A stretch of 64,000 nucleotides of DNA from Macrostomum hystrix (taxonomy: Eukaryota; Animalia; Platyhelminthes). Each line of letters opens with the position of its first letter. The first letter of the stretch is position 1. Below the pieces are notes generated by a model. That model saw nothing but the letters and a program-made list of their open reading frames with translations. It was not told the origin of the DNA and did no database searches. The stretch is taken from NCBI GenBank assembly GCA_950097015.1, contig CATNEN010000038.1, forward strand, positions 31,496,001 to 31,560,000, read 5' to 3'. Positions 42,001-51,579 of the stretch are shown here, in pieces. A program made the translations under genes and the position numbers.

Positions 42001-45000
42001 ATTTTTCTATTTTAGGTACTTTTTTTTCATTATTACAATAAATATCACATGCTATGAGTAGCAAAGCAATAATAGGCAAGATAGAGCAGAGCCACGTACT
42101 TCTACTATAGGAAGGCTAGGTATAAAGAAAATGCTAGTTTTGTCGCATATAATAGCATATTACATAATCTACTTACTTAGTAGCAAATGAAAGCTCTGCC
42201 ATTTTTTGGGTTTTTGAAATTTTCCAAAATGTATTCATACATGAAGAAATGTATTCATTTCTTATGGATCCTTTCAGCTCTTGGATTATTTCTCTGAATG
42301 GTCTGCTTTCTGATGCAAAAAGCTTGTCCTTTGTTATACAATACTGGTAAGCTAAAATAGGCTTATTAAGTATTTATTTTTTAACACAATGCATTTATTA
42401 CTGTTCTGCTCATTTTCCTTTGGTTCTCTACTTTTGATATATTAGCTACCCAAATGCATCACCTTACACTGTCAATTGCATCGGGCTATGTTTGGTGAAT
42501 GATCTATAGCATTTTTGAGATGACCTCCTATTAACCTTTGATTTGAGTTTTCGCTATTACCCTACTTAGAAGTAAGTAGGCTAGCTAGCTAGTAGCTAGC
42601 TAAGTAGGCTTCATTCAGTGATTTAAATATTTATTTTGAGAGCTAGAAACATTAGAAGATTGTGTCATGTACTATTTATCAGCCATTAGATTCCAAATCG
42701 TTTCAGATATTAAAAATTTGATTTTCACAGGTTTTATAAGGCATCATCCACGCCTCTACTACAATGTCGCATCCAGTGCTTGTCGAGACAGTCACGATGT
42801 GTCATCAGCTACTGTGATTCTGCAGGACTGCACCAGGAGAAAATTTAGCAGAGCGAAGTCAGGCAAAGACGATGGCCTGTCATCCTTGTCAGCTAGAAAG
42901 ATAATAGCCTTTTCAGCTTTTGCAGTGCTGGTACTGTGCAAGTATGCCATATATTACAGAAATTTAAGTTCGTCTAAAAGCACTACTAATAGTAAAGATG
43001 ATAGCGGCAAAGGTTGACAGCACTTGTCACACGTAAAAGTCTTAACACTGTGTTTATTTATATATTTAAAGAAATTGTTGAGGTTTTTTCTGATTTTTTT
43101 TGTAAAGTGGTAAATATAGTAAGCTAAAAACAAATGTAAACGCTGCCATTGTGCTCAATAGACAAAGGAACAATTTCATTAGCAAATGCAGATTTATAAT
43201 CGTTGCTTTTACTCATGTTCGTTTACGTTTTCGTATTGGCCACTGTTTGTTAGTGCCATAAATATAATGTAGTGTCCGTAAATCTAGTGGCGTGACAGCG
43301 ATAAACTATAATTATTTAACTACGTTACTATATTTGTTTCAAAATACATAATTAAATTAGTACTCTATAAAACATTCGCCCATAAGGCTGTCAGTGTAAA
43401 TATTCCAACCACGAAATTTAACGTTGTTGAAGCAGGAATACCTTAATTTGATTTTTTAAACTTATTTGTCTATAGTTTTATTCTTATTAAATACTTTCTC
43501 GAAGAAAAAACAGCGACGATACCTTACATGTAAACGTACCTTACAAGGTCTAGATGCATTTGTGCATTAAAACGAAAATTCGATCAGAATTAGTATTAAA
43601 CTTCCTTCAATCGCTCAAAAAATAACGTACGTTTCGCTAGCCGCAACCCAGCCGCATCACTTTTTAAAATCACTTGTACCACTTGCAAAATCCGTCTTTT
43701 CTAATAGATTTTGACTAGATTTAATTGTACCACACGTTAAATTATCATAATATTGCTAAATATATCACTTTTGAAGCCTTCAAATTTCCGGATTTAAAAA
43801 AATCGGTGCGGCTGGCATTGGGCTGATGACTGGCGCCCTCGCTTCTGACTAGATTCTTGTACCGTTTTATATTAAAAAAATTTCAGCAAAATCCGCATCT
43901 TTTGAGCTCAAAAGTTGATCTGAGCGAGCTTTAATAAGCAAAAAATCATCGTCTGAAGTTTTAATGAAGTGATTCCCGGTAGCAAATGGTCTTCTCTCTC
44001 CAAAAATAGAATACATACGGCCTGTACCACATTTGTACCACCTCAAGCACATATTTTTATACAACCCTGTGCAAAATTAAGCATTTTTATCAAATGGTTT
44101 GAAAGTTATAGACAAAATCCTTTGTTCACATCTTCTTCACGTGTGCTGTCTGAATTTGATCCGGAATTTTGTGATGCTAAGAATAATACGAATCGGACTT
44201 ACTTCCTGTATCTAATTTGGGGTTGTACAAATTCCGATAGTAAATAAATATCTTGCAGCATCAAATTATTCTAAAGGCACCACTACTAAAATATTGTTTT
44301 AATTCAACTAGCTAAAGCTTCGTTGTATAATTTTAAGTTGGTCACGCACTTCCAATTTTCTTTTAGCCAAGCTGCTATTTGCTGAGAAGCGGCACATTGT
44401 AGATCATTCTGCTGTGACTCTCTGTCCTTTTTAAATAGCCTTGTTAATTTACAGTATCAAAAAGTAACTGCTGCATGCAATGCCGCTGCAATAGATAATT
44501 ATGTAAATTAGTATACATAATTAGTTTATGCCCATTGTCTCATTAATGCACATACCATGTCTCATAACATAACATAAGGCTTCATAATAGATCATGTTTC
44601 TCTAGCCTAGTGCCTACATTTGTCTAAGCAATGTTTCAAATATTTCTACTAGCTAGGGTATAATATTAATATTACAATAATATTATTACATAAATCTATA
44701 TTATATTATAATATGTTACATTATACTAAATATATGATACTACAATGTAGTTTTTAGGTCTTGCTATAAGTGTATGTAGCTAACCTAAAATTTATAAACA
44801 TGCATGCAATAGTAAATCTTAATTTTATCTTAATTAAATCGTAATTTCAAGTCTTCAAACTACCATGTGTATAATCAAAACATATATGTGCGTGTTTCCC
44901 TTTCACTGTGTCTTTGATTATCAACAGTTTAGGTCACTAATTCATTCTGACTTTGACCTCATACCTCATAGGGTAGGATGAAATATTTTAATTTTTTATT

Positions 45001-45124
45001 CCCTTTGACCTTAGATGGGTACTATTAAAGTTCTGAGCCTCATTGTGAAAGAAAGGAGATATAGGCAAAGTGAGATAAGCCTATCACAAAATAGCATAGT
45101 CTCCCCAACCAAAAAGCACTTATG

Positions 45125-46050
45125 GGATCTTGATCGCAGCGTCTCAATGCCACTCTTGAAGAACTGGACCGCCTTCCGGCAGCATCTCGATGACCTCCAG
45201 GGCCCGCAAGCCTGGGGCAGCATTGAGCAGCAACATGCCGCGTTCTGCAGCGACATCCTTGATGTCACCCGCAGCAGGCTCCTCAACCGGGCGTTTGAAT
45301 ACGCCAATCGCCGACAGGAGCCGGACATCAACCCACTGCTTCTGAACGACTATCGGCGTCCCTTACGAGGCTGCTGGCATCGCGTGGCCCTGGAGCTCAC
45401 CGAGGCTGCCCACCTTGAGGCCCTCCCACGTGAGCCCTACCCGCCACGGACTCCCGAGATCGGCTGCCTGACTGACAACCCAAGGATTGATTTCAACTAG
45501 ACGCTCACCGCCTTGTGCGCCTGCAACCTCCCGATGAGCATCCATCGCGACCGGGGGCTGAATTTCCTTGCCGGTCTCCAACCGACGGATATAGACATCT
45601 GGACCGACGGGTCCGTCCGGGACGGCACCTCGGACGCCTGGGGCGCTGTCGTCATCACCACCCGCCTGTGGGGCACCACCATCGCCGCTCCCGCCGGTCG
45701 GGTCGCAAGCTCCTTCCGGGCGGAGATCTGCGCTATCCGGGCGGCCCTCGATTACATCAGACAGCTGACGCCGGCCCACGGTGCGTCGATTCGCATCCAC
45801 AGCGACTCGCTGGCGGCGCTGACAGCCCTCGAGCACGGCCCCTGCGAACAACGCTCGGCGGATAGCATCCTATGCTGGGTAACGCTGAGCGCCATTCAAC
45901 ACAGCTGCGAGTTCGTCTGGGTCCCGGCGCACTACGATATCCCGGGAAATGAGATGGCTGACCGCCGTGCCAAACACGCTCGCCTGGAATGCCAGCGGGA
46001 CAGGCCAATCTCACTTCTAGCTGCCAAGGCGGCCCTCCGAGAGCCGTGGT
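45125..46050 (+). mobile_element. Decayed non-LTR retrotransposon fragment with RNase H (I/R1/Ingi-like group)
   Basis: Motifs IWTDGS, SSFRAEICAI, IHSDSLAAL and WVPAHYDIPGNEMADRRAK, an in-frame stop at 45498-45500, and a GC-rich block in AT-rich flanks. Confidence 0.85.
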
Positions 46051-47099
46051 GCAGTATATCATGGTGCAGTGGGACTTAGAGAATGCATAAAGTTCTGAAA
46101 ATCTGACCATAGACTAGTAACACATTGTGCTTTTAGAGCCCGAATTTTCAGCGCTTTACCATGGTCTATTATTTTAGCAGCAATACTTAATTCTTAATGA
46201 CCTAATTACTTCATTAACATAGCAGACTAAATATTGCTGATAAATTGTACAAAACGATGCACTCGGAAGGAAAGCAACAGAAAGCTAAACAAATTACTGG
46301 ATAGAAATGCATTTCATTGCTTTAAACTAAATAAAATTTTCATCCATCATACACTCGTAAACAGTGATAATGAACTGCAAGGACATTGCATTTGGGAAAG
46401 TTTTCGGCAAGTTCAAGGGCTAAGCACTATGACTTTGCACTAATTTGTTGGTATGCCACCTTTGGAAGCAGTTGGTCAAGCATATCCCTGGGGCTGCTTG
46501 ACACCGACTGCAGAAATAAACAGGCAGGCGAGCCTGGCTAGAACTGTAGAACTGGGTTCAGAACCGTTTTTGTGCCCCTCTTGCTATGCATTCGTACTAA
46601 AAATGAAATCTTTACTTCTCTAAAATATTTTTTGTCAATTCTCTATCATTTATTTTGACTTCGACCGCAAAGTAGTATAATGTCAAATCTTTGACTTCTT
46701 TCTTGTCATTTACCTCATACTAATAAGTATTGGGTCTAACCTTTGACGTCTGGCTCATTCTGTCTGTCATTCCTCATTCTCTGTCACTTTTCGTTATGTC
46801 CGAGTAAATGAATGTGTTTGAAATTTATGATGCGCTTGAGTGGTTGCAATTCTGCTCTTGCAATGATTGATCGTAAACTTACATTTCAGCATCACCGTAT
46901 CACACATCGCAGATAAATTAATCATTGTATCTATTACTTTTGTACCGGAGGCTCGGTTACTCATGATGGAGTCTTCACGACGAATCAGTAAGGCGGTGCT
47001 GCAGAGTTTCAGCAGCATGATTATGTGCCTCTTATATGGTGGCTAAAATTTAAATGTTACCCCAATCGAAATTTCGATTGTATTCGGTTCAATTTTAGA

Positions 47100-47686
47100 C
47101 TTTGACAACGTATCCTCAGACGATATTGTCAACATATTCCGCAATCAACTTCTTCGTGTGCAACATTACTTGCCTAATTCACTCAGAGGTTGGAGGCGGG
47201 ACGAAGGTGGACATTTTGCGCGGCTGTGCCACCTCCTGGGCTTCCCTGGAGACGTAGAAAGCAACCGTCAATGGTTGTATATCGTAATTCACACAAATCG
47301 CAGAGGTGTTGCGGACAGTCTCTTACATCTCGCCCAGGAGCCGCCTGTGCGGACCCCACTGGAACGTAATGAAGAGGATGGTACGGATTTGCCAGATGGG
47401 TGGGTACGGCTTTTTGATCGATGGACGATGGGTAAACATTACCCAGATTTGATAAGTCAAAGGCAAGATTTTCTGCATACTCCAAATGATTGCATTTAGG
47501 TCGCACGCACTGCTACAGCACACATTCCTTCAGGCTCCGGTTGTGCTGGATGACGACCATGAAGGAGGCATCCGTCTGAAGAGGAGCTGGCAGGATGCCA
47601 TTCTGCCAGCCTTTTCCAGGCAGATCCCCTGCGCACTGTGCATCAGGCGGAGCCGAATCGATTCCCGGGGCGTTGTCTCGGCAGAT
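47100..47686 (+). pseudogene. MULE/NOF-like transposase, 5' part (upstream of the LINE insertion)
   Basis: The reading frame ...RSRIDSRGVVSAD stops at the LINE tail and resumes as (D)VYCRHEDC at 54833. There is a probable intron at ~47400-47499. The start codon is not defined. Confidence 0.6.
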
Positions 47687-47936
47687 TATTATTATTATTA
47701 TTAAAACGCGCACGCCATCTATGGGTGCTGATTTTTTTATATATATATTTTTTAACAACACATTTAAATGAACAACGAAAAGCAACATAAAAAGCGAAGT
47801 TAAGTAGGAATCAAATATCGAGCTGGGAAGGGAAAGCAAAGGTATTAAAAATAAGAGCAGTAAAAACACAAGGGACGCCAGGGATAAAACAAATTATGAA
47901 ATATCTATTGTTGAATGCTAGTAAAATCTCGTAGTC

Positions 47937-50900
47937 TCAGGGCAGCTGTTCCCTTATTTTAGATATTTCTATGATGTATTTTGCTAAAGCTTCAGCGGTT
48001 TCCCTATCGTCTTGAGCCATTATGTAGTTAGATTTTTCTTCTGCTGTTAAGGATATGAAATTGGGGGTTTTCCCAGAAACTTCCGTCTCAAATTTCGAAC
48101 GTACTGCGCTATACTTATTCCAAGTGCACTTAAAAAGGAAGTGGACCTCGTTTTCAACTTCTGTTTTGCACTTACTACATAATCTATTTGCATACGGAAT
48201 TTTCGGTCTCGCAGTTCGCAATGTTTCGCAAGCTAGCTTATGGTTTCCTAGTCTAAACGAGGCTATGGTACGTCTCCACTCCGGGTTGTATATTTGTTGT
48301 AAATATTTTTCGGCTGAATAATATTGCTTGAAGGAGTAATAGAAGTGACTTAGCTTGCTTGAGTTCTGTGTCCTTTGTCTCCAATGGGTATCGAACTGAG
48401 AAACGAAATTTTTCCTGTGGTTTCCAATTGCTTTTGCAGGACTAATGCCTCTGCAGTTCAGCATAACCTCATTGTTGGTCTTTGCTTTGATTCCAACATC
48501 ACTGTATGTTTGGTCCGCCAATAACTTGGAAATTATGGAGTCCGGCCGGCTTGTTATGGAGGCCCAGTACGAAATGCTTCTTTTCTGGATGTTGTATAAT
48601 AAAGGCAATCTGCCTAACTCCGAGCGGGCCCCGTTGCCATCCGTATTTTGGCTGACTTGTAGTATGGCTTTACAGCACCTGATGTTTACTCTTTCAAAAA
48701 GACAGCGGTCCCAAGGACCCAGGTTCCACGAGACAAAAGCCCCCCAGGCCTCAGAGGCGTACAGAGCTATGCTTTCTATCATTGCTGTGCAGTACAGCAT
48801 GAGCTGATTGTATCTGACCGCCCCATGGCTGGCTAATTTCCTTAAGAGAAGAATAGGATATCCACATTTTTTGTTAATCTCTGTGGCATGGGAATCCACG
48901 GTTCCTTTAGCATTGATGTGAAAGCCAAGATATTTCCATTCTTTGACGCTATCTAACAGTTGTCCCTGCAGAAATAGTTTGTTAGCCGTCTTTGATGGGT
49001 CAGGGCAACAGCTAATAACCTTAGTTTTTTGCATATTGATTTCTAGCTTGTGGCTCTGACAAAATTCTGACACTTTATCGAGGCCCTTCTGCAACTCTCG
49101 AGGATTCTCTCCAAAGATCACTAAATCATCGCAGTATAGCAAGTTGTTGATTTGTTCATCTTTAATGAAGGTGTCGCTGCGAAATGAATCCCTTAGCATT
49201 GTGCTCAAAGGATCTATATAGAGTGAGAAGAGTAGAGGGGATAGGGGACAGCCTTGTCTTACTCCATTTGTTATGCTCCTTGCCTTAGTTGCTTGGCCAT
49301 CTGAGATCTTCAGTTGGAATTTAGCTCCTGAGTACATGCTTTGTATTGCTTCGATTATTTCTGGGCTGACCTTTAACTCCCTAAGTCGTTGGAAAAGTGT
49401 TGGATGGTGGACCATGTCAAATGCGCTTTTTAAGTCAAAGAACACTAAGTGAAATGGCCTTTTGCGACGCTTTTTGTTGTGGATCAACGTCAAGAGAGTG
49501 GCAATGTGGTCTGAAGTTCGGTAGCCCTTTCTATTTCCTATTTGACTGGCTGAAAGCAAGTCGAGGGTGCGAATATGAGTTTCTAGCTTTTCATAGATAA
49601 GTGAGGCAAACAGGCGAGCCAGGGCAGGCAGCACGCTTATGGGTCTGTAGTTTTTGGGGTCACTACGGGAACCCTTTTTATAAATCGGTGTGATTAGGGC
49701 ATTTGACCACTGTGCAGGAGTCTGGCCGAGTCTTACGCTTGCGTTAAAAAGCTTCAGAAGTACGGGTTTTAGCTTCTCTTGTCCGTAGATAATGTGCTCA
49801 TTTGTTATACCATCTATTCCTGCAGCCTTTCTTCTCTTTAGCTTTTTAACTGCTCTATCGAGATCTACGCAGCTAATTAAATCTTCGGGACTAACTGCTT
49901 CATCTGTGCGATGCGGCTGGGTTCCCGAAGAAGGATGTGCGTTAAACACTTTGGTTAGGTTGTCCGCGATGTCAGCGATTGGGGCTTGAGATCTGTTAAG
50001 TCTCCTGCTGGGGAACAGCAACTCTTCTGCTCTTCTAAGACCGGACCAGAATCCCTTTGAGGTTCCGTTAGCCGCCATTTTCTGAATGCAGTCATTTATG
50101 TCCATCTGCTTAAGTTTCTTGAGCTGTTGTTTGTATTTTTTCGCTAGCCCATTATATTCTGATGCCAGCGCGCTGTCAGTTGGTCTACGTCTTTTTTTCC
50201 TGGCCACGTACTTTAATGATTTGCTCAAGTTTCTTAGTGTCTCGTCTCGATTTGTCCAGAACTTGTTCGGAATGATTGTCTTTGCGCAGCTTTCTGCCAC
50301 TGAGTCTCTAAGCAGGTTGGTCAAGCTCGAGAACAAATTTTCCAGGGATTTTCCATCGTGTGCGTCGATAGATTGCAACTTTCTAATTATTTCTTCGCTT
50401 TGTTTGTTATTCAATGCCTCAATGTAACTTCCCTGCGTTTCAGTGTCCCATCTTGGAGGCATTGGGAAGGATTCATGTTTTTCCTGGTTAGCGTGTTCTG
50501 GTTGGACATGATCAGGAAAAATCAGAGTGACTGTTAGCGGGCAATGTCTGGACAGAAAGCTTTGAGGATGAATAAAGAAGTCTTTTATAATATCCACTTT
50601 ATCCATGGATGCAATAGCGTAGTCTATGGTACTTCGGCCTAGTGTGCTACTAAACGTGTAATTTCCCATAATGTCACCCTGAGTCATTCCGTTCAGAATC
50701 GTGCTCTTGGTCTCGGAGCACATTTCCATCAGTCTTAATCCATGCTTGTTTTTCTCAGAGTCCTGATTCTGTCTGGGAAACTTATCCCTAGTGCTGGACT
50801 GTAATGTGCCAGTTCGTGCATTGAAGTCACCTACTGTTAATACGGAGCCCTCTCTTGAGAAGAGCTGGATGAGATATTTAATCTCCTCCCATATATCTTC

Positions 50901-51371
50901 TTTGTAGTATTTAGAATTTTCCGGTGGGATATAGCACCCTAAGATATACAGGGGTTCTTCAGACTGCTTTTGCTTTATTTTTAGTACCAGAGCGAAGTCA
51001 GATTTGTGCACTAATGTGGTTCTCTTTGCAATATTATTTTTAACGAGGAAAACCATGCCATTTGATAATCTACCTTTGTTGATTCCCCTTGCCTTGATTC
51101 CATCTGCTCCAAAGCAGGTGAAATCTATCAGCGTGTTTGAGTCTAGCTGCTCCTGTTTGGCGTGGGTCTCACAGAGGAAAACTATGTCTCTATTCCTAAT
51201 ATGTTCGTGGAAACATGGTGATTCCATTTTGCATTCTCCACTGAGCATCAGTCCATCTATGTTCCAACTGGTGATAATCAACTCTGATTTATTATAAGTT
51301 ACCTTCTTTTCGCAGCTGCCCTGTGTTTCAGTGACTATTCGGGAGTTAAAATTTAGCGTAGAAGTTAACAT
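47937..51371 (-). CDS. LINE ORF2: APE endonuclease + reverse transcriptase + C-terminal CCHC finger
   Basis: Endonuclease motifs SWNIDGL, FLCETH, YIPP, GDFNART, TIDY and SRH. RT motifs KAAGIDGI, PIYKKG...NYRPIS, FFDLKSAFD, GVRQGCPLSPLLF, LYCDD and KYLG. C-terminal RLCSKC...ENEVHFLFKC. Confidence 0.96.
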   Translation of the reverse strand: MLTSTLNFNSRIVTETQGSCEKKVTYNKSELIITSWNIDGLMLSGECKMESPCFHEHIRNRDIVFLCETHAKQEQLDSNTLIDFTCFGADGIKARGINKGRLSNGMVFLVKNNIAKRTTLVHKSDFALVLKIKQKQSEEPLYILGCYIPPENSKYYKEDIWEEIKYLIQLFSREGSVLTVGDFNARTGTLQSSTRDKFPRQNQDSEKNKHGLRLMEMCSETKSTILNGMTQGDIMGNYTFSSTLGRSTIDYAIASMDKVDIIKDFFIHPQSFLSRHCPLTVTLIFPDHVQPEHANQEKHESFPMPPRWDTETQGSYIEALNNKQSEEIIRKLQSIDAHDGKSLENLFSSLTNLLRDSVAESCAKTIIPNKFWTNRDETLRNLSKSLKYVARKKRRRPTDSALASEYNGLAKKYKQQLKKLKQMDINDCIQKMAANGTSKGFWSGLRRAEELLFPSRRLNRSQAPIADIADNLTKVFNAHPSSGTQPHRTDEAVSPEDLISCVDLDRAVKKLKRRKAAGIDGITNEHIIYGQEKLKPVLLKLFNASVRLGQTPAQWSNALITPIYKKGSRSDPKNYRPISVLPALARLFASLIYEKLETHIRTLDLLSASQIGNRKGYRTSDHIATLLTLIHNKKRRKRPFHLVFFDLKSAFDMVHHPTLFQRLRELKVSPEIIEAIQSMYSGAKFQLKISDGQATKARSITNGVRQGCPLSPLLFSLYIDPLSTMLRDSFRSDTFIKDEQINNLLYCDDLVIFGENPRELQKGLDKVSEFCQSHKLEINMQKTKVISCCPDPSKTANKLFLQGQLLDSVKEWKYLGFHINAKGTVDSHATEINKKCGYPILLLRKLASHGAVRYNQLMLYCTAMIESIALYASEAWGAFVSWNLGPWDRCLFERVNIRCCKAILQVSQNTDGNGARSELGRLPLLYNIQKRSISYWASITSRPDSIISKLLADQTYSDVGIKAKTNNEVMLNCRGISPAKAIGNHRKNFVSQFDTHWRQRTQNSSKLSHFYYSFKQYYSAEKYLQQIYNPEWRRTIASFRLGNHKLACETLRTARPKIPYANRLCSKCKTEVENEVHFLFKCTWNKYSAVRSKFETEVSGKTPNFISLTAEEKSNYIMAQDDRETAEALAKYIIEISKIREQLP

Positions 51372-51579
51372 ACTCGTAGAAAGAGGGAGTAGTAGTCCTT
51401 AGAGTCAGTCACGACGGGTTCAAAACCTTCAAAACCTGTTGCGCGGTATGGGAATTGACGGTATCAAAAATAGAAAGTTATTAGGCAAAGGAGTTAGAGG
51501 ACCCGAGTTGAGCAGCTAAATGACTCCTCCACCCCCCCGGCGATTGAAGTTGTTGCCGGACAGGCTTGGACAGGCGGTC

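Noticed and set aside
43820-43860. Other CTGATGA words (16478, 29892, 43823, 57938) as hammerheads
   Set aside because: None has a stem II followed by GAAA or a closing stem I.
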